IMG/VR virus record: IMGVR_UViG_3300013101_002049
Location: 32,001-96,000 of that record
Direction: 5' to 3' (one strand)
DNA: 64,000 bases
Origin: a virus
Made by a program: the position numbers and the translations under genes. Shown one piece after another: positions 19,206-28,815 of the stretch; the first letter of the stretch is position 1; every line of letters begins with the position of its first letter. The notes beneath the pieces were generated by a model. That model made no database searches. It had not been told where the DNA came from and saw only the letters and a list, made by a program, of their open reading frames with translations.

Positions 19206-21344
19206 ATGCCTATAAATTCAGATGATAGATTTTATGAATGGGAAGGGATAGGAGAAAGGTGGATCACTAAAGAAGAATCTTTTGATAGTGAATACCCATC
19301 TAAGCCTCAAAAAGAAGGAGATTCTGTAGCTAAATGGGTTATTGAAGATGTTTTTGGTTTGACTTTGGATGATGATTCTAGAGATATAGGCAGTACTTTA
19401 CCTGGTTATGATATTATTGGGCGTGATCCTTATGATGTTGTTAGATTGTCTCTTATAGCTGATGTGGTAAAAGAAGGAATATTTTATGAGTGTTATATGG
19501 ATGGTGAAGGTATTGTTCATTATTATAGTATAGGCGTAGATCGTAGTGATATAGATAGGCATATTTTGTACTCAATAGATAATGGTGAGATGCAGATGAA
19601 ATGTGATAATGTAATGGTTACAGGATATGATCCACCACCGAAACGATATGCTGGTAATGAATTTAATTTATTAACATTTGCTAATTCCTTAATAAATTCT
19701 GGTGATCAAGATTTATGGGATTTGGATAGAGGTTCATATCCATTATATACTACTTTTGCAGAAGTACTTGGTCCAGAGGCATGTCCATTTAAGTTTGAAG
19801 GATCTATAGAATATGGCGGTAATCCAGATACGTTGGATGATATAGAACCGGAACAATTTGAAAGACTTTTAGTATATAATCCAGAGGAATTTGAGAGTGT
19901 TGTTAATTATTTTTATAAAATAGAAGTCGATTTTTTTGATCAATATAATACTACAGTATCTTTTTCTGATACTAGTGTTAGATATCAAGAATTAGATGGT
20001 TTTGGTAAATTGCAAACACGAAATTGGGTATCTAGTGATAGATATATTAGTAAATATTGTTTGGAAGGCCGCCTTGACGAACCAGATCCTGATGTTGGAG
20101 TTAGATTACCCAGAAGTAATGAATATAAATTTAAAGGTGTTGCGGATGTTTATATTTATGGTTATAAATTAAAATCGATAAAGCTTAATTATACTTTTAG
20201 TTTGGATAAGGAAAAAATTAATGATCCATCTGGTTCAGAAGTATTTGTTGTTACTTTGGATACAATGCTAAGCGAACCGTTTAAATTAACTAAGGATGAA
20301 GATTATATTATAGTACAAGACCCAGCCAATCCAAAATATTCTAAGATAGTGTTTTCATGTAATGTGAGCGAAAATCATCTTCATTATTTTGGTGGTAATT
20401 TTGATTCTGGAGATAATATAAAATTTCGTGTAAGTGAAAAGTGCATATATAAAAATCGTGAAGGTAACGATTATTCTATGGCCGATTTATTAAGCGATGG
20501 TACTCAACTTTACAGAAGCGGTTATTTGAGTGATCAGCGAAGTACTGCTATAGTTGATAGTAGAGATTTTTATACTGCTGTTATTTTTCCTACTGGTGAA
20601 GGAAGTTCAGGTTATGTGGTAGAAAAAATAGTAGTTGTTTATCAATGGAATAATCCATCGATTGTTATAAAAGATCTTAGAAATGATATAGATAGTAATA
20701 AATTAGCAGAGTCAGTGAGAGCAAGTTTTTATCCTATGATCTTAAAAGATGCACCGGCGCCTATTGCTTTTTCAGGGCCTGGTGATTCTAGTGCCTCATT
20801 ATTAGATCAGAATGAGGTTAGACCTGATTACGATCCTAGTACGGCGCAAAATTTTCAACCCACTGAATATGCACGAGCAATGTCTTCGATGGAAGCTGGA
20901 GATGTCCGAGTGTCTATGCCTTTTGCTGATGATGATGAGTGTATTTTTATTGCTGAAAAAATAAAAGAGATGCAAACTGATGTAGCTCATAATGTTGTGT
21001 ATATGTGTTCGCCAGATGCAGAACCAATTTTGGGTCAAAAAATTAATGATGGTGTTATAAATGAAATTGAATATTCTTATCAAGATAGTAGTCAGTATTT
21101 GATATCTGTTACAGCTGGTCCACAATGGCGAGGTGGTGATTCTTGGGATAATTCTTTGTATAAAATGGAAACTGATAATCCAGTTTTAACTGGTACTGTA
21201 TTGAAAATTAGTGACGATAATGTTAGATGTAATGTTAGGGTTAATAAAGTGGGCGTTGTGGAATGTATAAATGGTACTAGAGATTTATTAGGTGTAGGTG
21301 ATAAAGTTAAGGTTACGTTATATAATAATCCAGTAAGCTTATAA
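19206..21344 (+). CDS. Putative baseplate hub/tail-tip protein with C-terminal OB-fold-like domain
   Basis: 712 aa acidic ORF immediately after the tape measure gene. The C-terminus LTGTVLKIS..CNVRV..LGVGDKVKVTLYNN resembles the OB fold of spike proteins. Confidence 0.5.
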   Translation: MPINSDDRFYEWEGIGERWITKEESFDSEYPSKPQKEGDSVAKWVIEDVFGLTLDDDSRDIGSTLPGYDIIGRDPYDVVRLSLIADVVKEGIFYECYMDGEGIVHYYSIGVDRSDIDRHILYSIDNGEMQMKCDNVMVTGYDPPPKRYAGNEFNLLTFANSLINSGDQDLWDLDRGSYPLYTTFAEVLGPEACPFKFEGSIEYGGNPDTLDDIEPEQFERLLVYNPEEFESVVNYFYKIEVDFFDQYNTTVSFSDTSVRYQELDGFGKLQTRNWVSSDRYISKYCLEGRLDEPDPDVGVRLPRSNEYKFKGVADVYIYGYKLKSIKLNYTFSLDKEKINDPSGSEVFVVTLDTMLSEPFKLTKDEDYIIVQDPANPKYSKIVFSCNVSENHLHYFGGNFDSGDNIKFRVSEKCIYKNREGNDYSMADLLSDGTQLYRSGYLSDQRSTAIVDSRDFYTAVIFPTGEGSSGYVVEKIVVVYQWNNPSIVIKDLRNDIDSNKLAESVRASFYPMILKDAPAPIAFSGPGDSSASLLDQNEVRPDYDPSTAQNFQPTEYARAMSSMEAGDVRVSMPFADDDECIFIAEKIKEMQTDVAHNVVYMCSPDAEPILGQKINDGVINEIEYSYQDSSQYLISVTAGPQWRGGDSWDNSLYKMETDNPVLTGTVLKISDDNVRCNVRVNKVGVVECINGTRDLLGVGDKVKVTLYNNPVSL

Positions 21345-21360
21345 ATAGGAGTTATTTTGT

Positions 21361-21987
21361 ATGGCTACAATAGAAAGAGAGGCTATAAGGGCTTCTATTA
21401 CATTGGGAGATATTGAAATAAGCACACCAGATGTGATTTCTTTTAATGTTAGAAAGTCTCGTGGTCAAAAAGCGGCTACTTTTTCAGCTAGTGTTAAAAT
21501 GGACGCCGCTGCTATGAGTAATGGTGGTTTGTCTTTAATATCTAAAGGTGTTGTTATAGAAGCAGGTGTTAAAGGATCGGAAAGGACTATTTTTACTGGT
21601 GTAGTTCAAAAAGTTACAGTTAATCCAATTAGAACAGACGCTTTAAAGGTTATGGTAAGTTTAGCCGGTAAAGATAATATGAGTGTAATGGAAGGACAAA
21701 AGATAAATAGAAGAGTTAAGACTTATAGAGATGGCGACACACCGCCAGAACGTTGGGGAGTAGTAACTGCTATCGAGGAAGATAATACACCAGTTAAGAC
21801 TGGTTTCGGATTTAAGAGATTTTCTAAGAAAAAAACAGCAGTATTTAATATTGGTAAATTAGCTGTAACTTTTACTCAAGGTGCGTATGTTGATCAAGAA
21901 TTAATTAGAGAATCTTTTGGTGTACCTGTTGGAAATATATTGGTTGAAAAATTAGAAGTAGAAGATTCAACTACTGATGAAGATTAG
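21361..21987 (+). CDS. Baseplate hub-like protein
   Basis: Pattern VISFNVRKSRGQKAATFSASV...VVIEAG....TIFTGVVQKV....VSLAGKD, typical of phage hub (gpD/gp44-like) N-termini. AGGAG SD upstream. Confidence 0.55.
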   Translation: MATIEREAIRASITLGDIEISTPDVISFNVRKSRGQKAATFSASVKMDAAAMSNGGLSLISKGVVIEAGVKGSERTIFTGVVQKVTVNPIRTDALKVMVSLAGKDNMSVMEGQKINRRVKTYRDGDTPPERWGVVTAIEEDNTPVKTGFGFKRFSKKKTAVFNIGKLAVTFTQGAYVDQELIRESFGVPVGNILVEKLEVEDSTTDED

Positions 21988-22006
21988 TTATAAGAGGTGA
22001 TGTATA

Positions 22007-22402
22007 ATGGCACTTACACGTGAAGCTGAGGATAAATCACAAACAGTTATTAATTGTGCAGTTAATGATGTTATTAAATTAACACGTCCTTTATATTATA
22101 AAGGAATTGAGCAAGGCGATGATAAGACCGTTTCAGTTAATGGTTTTAAAATACTATATCCAGAATTAGGTAGTTTTATTAATTATAGCACCGATGAAGG
22201 TAAGACTTGGGTTAAATACAAACATCAAAAAAGCGGACAACAAATTATTGAATTTATATCACATGATTTAGGTATTCATACATTTACTTGTATTATACAA
22301 GGTATAAGTGTGCATGACCATGCGAGTATTCCGATGGGCGGTCCTGCATACGCTACTTATTATAGTGAGCCTAGCACACATAGTGATGAGGAGGGGGGAT
22401 AG
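22007..22402 (+). CDS. Putative spike-tip-associated protein (HxH motif)
   Basis: 131 aa. GISVHDH (HDH 22313-22321) near the C-terminus resembles the metal-binding HxH of central spike tips. GAGGTG SD. Confidence 0.4.
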   Translation: MALTREAEDKSQTVINCAVNDVIKLTRPLYYKGIEQGDDKTVSVNGFKILYPELGSFINYSTDEGKTWVKYKHQKSGQQIIEFISHDLGIHTFTCIIQGISVHDHASIPMGGPAYATYYSEPSTHSDEEGG

Positions 22403-22404
22403 TA

Positions 22405-23019
22405 ATGGCATGGTGTACTTGTAATATAGCAGCTGAATTTACAGAATTAGCTGGATATGGTATAATTTCAGCTAATTTAAATGCTAGTACTCCTATAACA
22501 CTTACAGCTGATGGATTAGCTATGTATGGTCCCGCTACTGGTAATTTATCTATTACAGCTTATTCTCCACTTATTAATGATTTAGAGTGTCCAGGAAGGG
22601 CCGGAACCAGTTTTGGATGGACGCAAAAAATTGATTGTGATACTGAAGATTCGATACTTAAAGTTTATTTTATTCCAAATGGTATAGCTAAAGCTTATAT
22701 GGAGGGTGATGTAACAGATCAAATTACTATGACAGATATAGCTGGTAGGTCAAATTATATAACTTTAGAAGCAAGTGCGGCTAATGGGCCTGCCAGCCCC
22801 GCTTTAAAATTATCTCATCAAGATGGGCATAGTTTATTATATAGTGGAAGACCTATACAAGTAACTCCAAATAGTGGTACGGATAATACTATTTTGGAAT
22901 TTATGGCTAATATATTGCCTGTTGGATCAGAGTTATATATGAATAATTTTACTTGGACCTACGATCCGCCTGGTATTCCAAGAGTTAGCTATTCTTTTTT
23001 ATTTAAGTACAATAATTAA
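22405..23019 (+). CDS. Hypothetical virion structural protein
   Basis: 204 aa beta-rich ORF tightly packed in the tail operon. Confidence 0.6.
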   Translation: MAWCTCNIAAEFTELAGYGIISANLNASTPITLTADGLAMYGPATGNLSITAYSPLINDLECPGRAGTSFGWTQKIDCDTEDSILKVYFIPNGIAKAYMEGDVTDQITMTDIAGRSNYITLEASAANGPASPALKLSHQDGHSLLYSGRPIQVTPNSGTDNTILEFMANILPVGSELYMNNFTWTYDPPGIPRVSYSFLFKYNN

Positions 23020-23033
23020 TGGAGGTGTGTAAA

Positions 23034-23327
23034 ATGGACGGCGAAAGCTACTCTTCAGATATATATAAATTAAGGTCTGCTGGACCTACGCCAGTTAGTC
23101 CTGGTAGATTTGTAATTCAAACATTTGGTATAGATCACAATACAGTTAAAACATATCCTGCTACTACTACAATTAATAATTCAGATGATATGGCTGGTAT
23201 TTATGGTGGTATATATATTTCAGCGAATTGGCAAAGATTACCATATTTGAATAGTGTAGGCAAACGTTTGTTTAGTGGTAGTACTGTAAGTAAACCAGAT
23301 TGGATAGATCGGGACGAATTAACTTAA
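23034..23327 (+). CDS. Hypothetical protein
   Basis: ORF track gives 23019. GGAGG at 23021-23025 favours the ATG at 23034. Confidence 0.6.
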   Translation: MDGESYSSDIYKLRSAGPTPVSPGRFVIQTFGIDHNTVKTYPATTTINNSDDMAGIYGGIYISANWQRLPYLNSVGKRLFSGSTVSKPDWIDRDELT

Positions 23328-23338
23328 AGGAGGCTATT

Positions 23339-23590
23339 ATGGCTAGAGGAGAAACTATCGAATTTATTGATTGTGGATCTTTATCTATTAGTTATGATGC
23401 TACTGGTAAAGCAACTATTTCTTGTAATGTTATTCGTAATGATGCTACTAGTTTACAAAATGATTACAATACATGGAGATTAGGCGGTGTATTTTTTGAC
23501 GGGAATGTTATGAGTTTAAATCAATCGCCTATGATAGGTAGTGGTGGTTGGAATCAGTGGCAATTAAGATGGGAAGGAGTTGGAAATTAA
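23339..23590 (+). CDS. Hypothetical small structural protein
   Basis: AAGGAGG SD precedes the ATG at 23339 (ORF track start 23300 is a TTG overlap). Confidence 0.65.
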   Translation: MARGETIEFIDCGSLSISYDATGKATISCNVIRNDATSLQNDYNTWRLGGVFFDGNVMSLNQSPMIGSGGWNQWQLRWEGVGN

Positions 23591-23591
23591 T

Positions 23592-23780
23592 ATGGCTTGT
23601 TGTGGAAAACGAAGTACCCAGCCATTTTCAGTAATGGGTGGGTATAAATATCTTACTAATTCTCAAATAAATGCTAGGCTAGAAGTTTTTAAACGGATTT
23701 ATTGTAAAGCTTGTAGTGAAAGGTATAATTGTAATTTTGATATTTATAATAAATGTACAATTAGACCTCAGATTAAATAA
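23592..23780 (+). CDS. Small Cys-rich protein
   Basis: MACCGKR...CKAC....C......C; AAGGAG SD upstream. Confidence 0.6.
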   Translation: MACCGKRSTQPFSVMGGYKYLTNSQINARLEVFKRIYCKACSERYNCNFDIYNKCTIRPQIK

Positions 23781-23791
23781 GGAGGTTTGTT

Positions 23792-24478
23792 ATGGCTATT
23801 CTAATTGGAGCTAATACACAGGTAACGGGAGATGTACAAGGTGTGATTTCAGCACAATGGGGTATTAGTCCACAAATAAATAGACTATGGCAATTAGGGT
23901 CTTGGGATCCCTATAATCAACTGGCAACACGAGTTACTAATATAAGTTTAACTATTTATGCAGGCGGTGGTCCAACAATTAGTTTACAACCTGCTACTGC
24001 TTGTGTGGATAGCAGTGCAGTTCTTAATATCACCATCACCCCGGGTTCTTGTGGCACTGTGCCAGCAGGTTTAGGTGGTAATTTCACAGTTTATTTATCT
24101 AGTTATTCTTATAATAAGGGTGATGCTATTGGCTTTGGTCAACAGAGCTATAGCGGTCAAACTTGGCCCGGTGGGGCTGGTCCAGGTGGTGGAGGAGCCA
24201 ATGTTGAATTTACGGATGCGCCAACTGTTGTTTTACAAGGAAGAGCTGAAGGTAATTCTACAATTGATGCTGGTTTAGGCACAGGTGTAAGTTTTAGTAG
24301 TGGTTGGGACGTTTATGGTACGCAAGGAAGTGTAAGTGCTGGGTTTCCTGGTACTGGTCAGGCTAACGAAGTAAGGCATGGTTTAGTAGATCAAATTTCT
24401 AATGGTGATTTACGAAATGATGGTAAGTCTGGTCAAGCGAGTGTTAATATACCACATCAACCATTGTATTTCGGATAA
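23792..24478 (+). CDS. Tail tube-like / tube initiator protein (tentative)
   Basis: GVISAQWGISPQINRLWQLGS followed by ISLTIY resembles tail tube N-terminal strands. Gly-rich; AAGGAGG SD. Confidence 0.4.
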   Translation: MAILIGANTQVTGDVQGVISAQWGISPQINRLWQLGSWDPYNQLATRVTNISLTIYAGGGPTISLQPATACVDSSAVLNITITPGSCGTVPAGLGGNFTVYLSSYSYNKGDAIGFGQQSYSGQTWPGGAGPGGGGANVEFTDAPTVVLQGRAEGNSTIDAGLGTGVSFSSGWDVYGTQGSVSAGFPGTGQANEVRHGLVDQISNGDLRNDGKSGQASVNIPHQPLYFG

Positions 24479-24492
24479 GGAGGAGAGGTATT

Positions 24493-24921
24493 ATGGGATT
24501 TTCAGTGTCAGAGCGTTATAGATTGGAATTACATTGGAGTAAGGCTAAGTATAAGGTAGATCAAGAAACAATGTTGGAAGGATGCTACTTTTCTGGTCCA
24601 GTTTTAAATGAGGTATGGCAGTTACAACAAGAAGATTATATTGATTTAGATTTTGGTGGTCAGTATATGATTTTTATGAATTTTTATTATATAGCTCGAT
24701 TATCATGGAAAGGTGTCAAACATACTACTGAGAAAATAATGTTATCAAAAGTTGTATTAAAGAACAAAAATTTGAATGTCATTCCTAAATTAAAAGATGA
24801 TGATTATATAGTGATTGATACACAAAACCATGAAGATCAACGACATTTATATAGTTTGGTTTATCCATCTTATTTAATAAGAAATGATGGGGAACTTTAC
24901 GATTTTGGGAGTAAAAAATAA
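24493..24921 (+). CDS. Hypothetical protein
   Basis: 142 aa ORF with strong AGGAGGAGAGG SD. Confidence 0.7.
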   Translation: MGFSVSERYRLELHWSKAKYKVDQETMLEGCYFSGPVLNEVWQLQQEDYIDLDFGGQYMIFMNFYYIARLSWKGVKHTTEKIMLSKVVLKNKNLNVIPKLKDDDYIVIDTQNHEDQRHLYSLVYPSYLIRNDGELYDFGSKK

Positions 24922-25361
24922 TGCCAAGTGATGAGTTTATAGCACATAGAAAAGGAGCTGCGGCTCATTTAAAAGAAATAGGATGGGAAAGATATTTTGG
25001 TACTACTACAAGTGGTAATTTACCACAATACAAAGCTACATCTAATCCATGTAATGTGAATGTGGGTGCTTTAAATCCACAATTAGTGGATGATTTGGAT
25101 ATTAAAGGTGGATCATTTCGATTTTATCATATTAAATGTCATTATTCTACAGAGTCAGGTACGCATGAAATAGTAGATAAGAATCCTTTAAGTCCTACTT
25201 ATGGGCAAATGATTACTATACCAGCTGGCGATATTGCTGCTCATACTGTGACCAGCGGCATTATGATAAAGCATAATCGTGGCTCAAAGTATGGTTGGTT
25301 ATGCGTCGATGATAATTGCCCATATTATCAAAATACTGGAAGACGCTATTTTTATTTCTAA
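24921..25361 (+). CDS. Hypothetical protein (Cys/His-containing)
   Basis: 146 aa, TAATG-coupled to the previous gene; C-terminal WLCVDDNCPYY. Confidence 0.7.
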   Translation: MPSDEFIAHRKGAAAHLKEIGWERYFGTTTSGNLPQYKATSNPCNVNVGALNPQLVDDLDIKGGSFRFYHIKCHYSTESGTHEIVDKNPLSPTYGQMITIPAGDIAAHTVTSGIMIKHNRGSKYGWLCVDDNCPYYQNTGRRYFYF

Positions 25362-25376
25362 TAGGAGGATATTGAT

Positions 25377-26354
25377 ATGGCTGTTAATGTTACAGTATAT
25401 GATTTAGATAATTACCCCGACAATAGTAAAACTGTTACTACTGACCAAAAGACATTGGTGCCTGTAGGTTATGAAGGGGATGAACAATGGGTATTGTCAT
25501 TCTCGACTACGGCTTATAGTGATAACACTAATAGAACTGCTATTCAGGATATTTATGTTCGTGAAATGAAAGCTGGTTGGATTAAGAGTTCTGGTTTTAC
25601 TGGAACAAGTGGGAAGTTTACTTTAGTTTCTGGAAGTTCTAATCAACTAAAAGTTAAAATGGATGCAAGTGCTGGTGCTACTGGTCAGGGCGGTTATTAT
25701 GTAATTGAACTTACCGCAGGTGTAAATTTAACTGGTGATGCTATTGCTGCGGATATGGAAGATCAGATTAGAGCAATACCAGATAGTGCTAGTTGGAATT
25801 CATCTGATGCTGGTTATCAACTTTCTTACAAAAATGCTATGGTAGATTTTACTGATGGTAGGTTTTGGATTGTGTCTGGAAATGTTGGGAAATATTACAC
25901 TGGTACAGAAAGATCTTCAGTAGCAGTAGCTAAATATAGTACTGATACTTGCTATGAAGATTTAGGTTTTGATTTGGCTATTAGCAGTGAAAGTATAGCG
26001 GGTACTTCTGCTAAAGAAGCATTATTGGCGTCTGATTATACTACTGATACTGCTTCAATGGTTATCGGGGCTGGTACTGGCGTAGCCGCTGGTGATTGTA
26101 TGTTTATTACTGATGGAACTAATACTGATTATTTCGAGGTTATTTCTGTTAGTGGTACAACTTTAACCGTTGCAACAAGTGGTGCCAATGGATTTACTGG
26201 TGTATCCAATAGTTATACAGCTAATGTAAGTAAAGTTCAATTGTTGAAGTATCAGGATCCAGAACAAGTTCCAGCTGCATATCATAATACAATAGATAGT
26301 ATAACCAGGTGGGGAATAATGTCGATTGCTAACGTCATTGATTTCTCTTCTTAA
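25377..26354 (+). CDS. Virion structural protein
   Basis: 325 aa Ser/Thr/Gly-rich. N-terminus is paralogous to 27021..27533 (GDEQWVLSFSTT vs GEHMWVLEIGTT). AGGAGG SD. Confidence 0.7.
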   Translation: MAVNVTVYDLDNYPDNSKTVTTDQKTLVPVGYEGDEQWVLSFSTTAYSDNTNRTAIQDIYVREMKAGWIKSSGFTGTSGKFTLVSGSSNQLKVKMDASAGATGQGGYYVIELTAGVNLTGDAIAADMEDQIRAIPDSASWNSSDAGYQLSYKNAMVDFTDGRFWIVSGNVGKYYTGTERSSVAVAKYSTDTCYEDLGFDLAISSESIAGTSAKEALLASDYTTDTASMVIGAGTGVAAGDCMFITDGTNTDYFEVISVSGTTLTVATSGANGFTGVSNSYTANVSKVQLLKYQDPEQVPAAYHNTIDSITRWGIMSIANVIDFSS

Positions 26355-26388
26355 GTTATTTCAACTAGTTATGGAAAAGGAGTATTAA

Positions 26389-27019
26389 ATGAAAGTTAAA
26401 TGGTTACCGGAAGAGGTCGAATTTTTAGAAAATAATTACGAAGAAATGCTATATAAAGATATTTGATAGATAACTATAATGAAATGCCTGTTGTTAAAAT
26501 TGCTAAAAATTTGAAATGTGTGACAAATATGTGTTGAAAAAGATAAAATTGTTTACAGGCTATAAAAATAAGATTGTAGAACTTGAGCCAGATAAACCCC
26601 ACTATAAGACACCTTATCAAATAACATTTCATGGTAATAAGGTTTGGCAATTTTTTAGACGATTAGGTATGGATAATAATAAACTACATAATGCTGTTTT
26701 TCCTAAAAATATTTCTGGTGAGTTTATACCACATATTATTAGAGGGTTGTTTGATGGTGATGGATCTATATCTATGAGTAAAAATACTGGTTACCCTTTT
26801 GTTCGTATATGTGGTACTAGAAATGTAGTGGATTATGTAACTGATTATATTGGGTTATATAACACATTACATCAGAATAGTGATATTAATTATACTATTC
26901 AATATACTGGTGAAAGAGCTTTACAATTTCTTAGTTGTATTTATAATAATTCTATTAATTACACTAGGATGAATAGAAAATATGATAAGTATATTAAAGC
27001 TTTAAAATGGGGCAATTGA
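26389..27019 (+). pseudogene. Degenerate LAGLIDADG homing endonuclease
   Basis: AAGGAG SD + ATG 26389 gives MKVKWLPEEVEFLENNYEEMLYKDI then TGA 26464. A second repeat fragment (LIDNYNEMPVVKIAKNLK) lies in another frame from 26463. The 26516-27019 ORF in the third frame has only the second LAGLIDADG helix (HIIRGLFDGDGSI). Confidence 0.8.
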
Positions 27020-27020
27020 T

Positions 27021-27533
27021 ATGTCCGAGTTTTATGTACATAATAGTTTAAACATAACTAAGTCTGTTAAATTTAATATAACTCTGCGATATTTCGTTAT
27101 TAAAGGCGAAAGAGGCGAGCATATGTGGGTATTGGAAATTGGAACTACCCATCCTGATAGGAACGGTGATCCAATATCTGCTAAAAAAATTCATCGAATT
27201 TCGGCTGAGGATTTGGATGAAATTATCGAAGATGCTCTTTCTGATCTATGCTCTCAAATAGATTGGACTCCGTTTGTAGATGATGTAGATGCTCCTTATG
27301 TTGATACTTTATATCCAGATGACAGAACTACTGTGTCCATAGGATCTGATGTATATATGGTTATAAAAGAAAAATTGCCTGCCGCTGGTATTGATTTATC
27401 TAATTTGAAAGTGACTTTGAATAATAGTACTGTTGATTTTGATATAACTAGTGAAGTATCTATCGAAGGTGACCCATATGAATATAGTTTAAAATGGTCG
27501 CCACCACTAAGAGTTTATGATACATATGATTAA
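27021..27533 (+). CDS. Virion protein with C-terminal Ig-like domain
   Basis: DAPYVDTLYP...GIDLSNLKVTLN matches the Ig-like repeats at the end of 31124..33682. Confidence 0.65.
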   Translation: MSEFYVHNSLNITKSVKFNITLRYFVIKGERGEHMWVLEIGTTHPDRNGDPISAKKIHRISAEDLDEIIEDALSDLCSQIDWTPFVDDVDAPYVDTLYPDDRTTVSIGSDVYMVIKEKLPAAGIDLSNLKVTLNNSTVDFDITSEVSIEGDPYEYSLKWSPPLRVYDTYD

Positions 27534-27544
27534 GGGAGCTTATT

Positions 27545-28804
27545 ATGGCTGAAAATATTAAATTGCGAAAAAGAAATTTTACGGTTGATCAAGGTTATTT
27601 CTATACCATAGAGGAAGACCGTGATAATTTACTTCAGAAGACTGATGATGGTAATACAGCATTTTCATATCCATTGGATACATTAATTACTAATACGCCT
27701 TTAAGTTTAGAATTTGATGGTGTATATTTTTGGTCTCTTGAGCAGGCTAGTGCTAACAATGTTGATATTAAAAGATGGAAAATAGATAATTATGTTTGTA
27801 AATTACAACAAACTATTAATTTAACTGCTGGTACACATTATTATAATTCAGAGGCTTTTTCTGTAGAACATTATCATACTGAGTTAGCTATGGTGGCAAC
27901 TAGTGGTACCAATACTGTTAAATTTGATGACTATTGGGATAATTCTGATTTAATGGGTTTTACAACTACTAGTGGTGATGGTTTGACTATTCATTTGGGA
28001 CCAAATTCTAATGGTGAGGAAGAGGATGTTGAAGTTGTAACTACTGTATCTGGCGGTGTGATTATTTCGGGTACTTTACAATATAGTTATGCTGAAGATG
28101 ACGCTGTTAATTTTTATACGCATATATGGTTGTTTAATAACAACGATGAACAAAGTACAGCTACTGGTGCTTTATATAAAATAGATGCTTATACAGGAGA
28201 ATATATTAAACATTATCCTGGTGGTGCGTATAAAGATATTGATGCGGCTACTTTTTATACAGTTAATTCTTTTACTGAATATGGTGATGTTGATACGTTG
28301 GCTTATGTAAAAAGTACAAATACTTTATTTGTCAATATAAGTGCTGAAAATGATGTTGGCGGACTTGATTATTATGGTTCGATGGTTATGGAGAATATTC
28401 AAAGTAATGAAGCTTCTGTTTTAACTATTTATGATTTAGCTATGGATGATCAAAATATTTATCGATTACAAAAAGGGCCTGATGGTGGTGGTGGAGAAAG
28501 TTGGAGTTATTATAGTTATGAGTTATCATCTCTTGATAGTTTTGTAACTTCTATTTCATTAGCAGCTTATCCATCTGTTATAGCGGCGAATGGTGTAAGT
28601 ACTACTGATATTAAAGCAATTGTGCGTGATCAATTTTTACAGCCAATATCTAGTAGATTGGTTTATTTTTCTGATGATGATTCTAGTGGCTATATTATAA
28701 CTTCACCAGTAAGTACTAATTCTAATGGTTTAGCTGCAACAGTATATAAATCAGGTACTAGCGCTCGAGAAGTGAAGATAACTGCTGTCGTGGAACAAGT
28801 TTAA
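27545..28804 (+). CDS. Virion protein, paralog family A, C-terminal Big-1 (invasin-type) Ig domain
   Basis: C-terminal SISLAAYPSVIAANGVSTTDIKAIVRDQFLQP...TNSNGLA. N-terminus shared with the next two ORFs. Confidence 0.75.
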   Translation: MAENIKLRKRNFTVDQGYFYTIEEDRDNLLQKTDDGNTAFSYPLDTLITNTPLSLEFDGVYFWSLEQASANNVDIKRWKIDNYVCKLQQTINLTAGTHYYNSEAFSVEHYHTELAMVATSGTNTVKFDDYWDNSDLMGFTTTSGDGLTIHLGPNSNGEEEDVEVVTTVSGGVIISGTLQYSYAEDDAVNFYTHIWLFNNNDEQSTATGALYKIDAYTGEYIKHYPGGAYKDIDAATFYTVNSFTEYGDVDTLAYVKSTNTLFVNISAENDVGGLDYYGSMVMENIQSNEASVLTIYDLAMDDQNIYRLQKGPDGGGGESWSYYSYELSSLDSFVTSISLAAYPSVIAANGVSTTDIKAIVRDQFLQPISSRLVYFSDDDSSGYIITSPVSTNSNGLAATVYKSGTSAREVKITAVVEQV

Positions 28805-28815
28805 GGGGTATTTAG

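Noticed and set aside
21340-21347. T4 late promoter consensus TATAAATA
   Set aside because: It is formed by a Leu codon, the stop and the SD spacer, is expected by chance at this AT content, and is not repeated before other genes.
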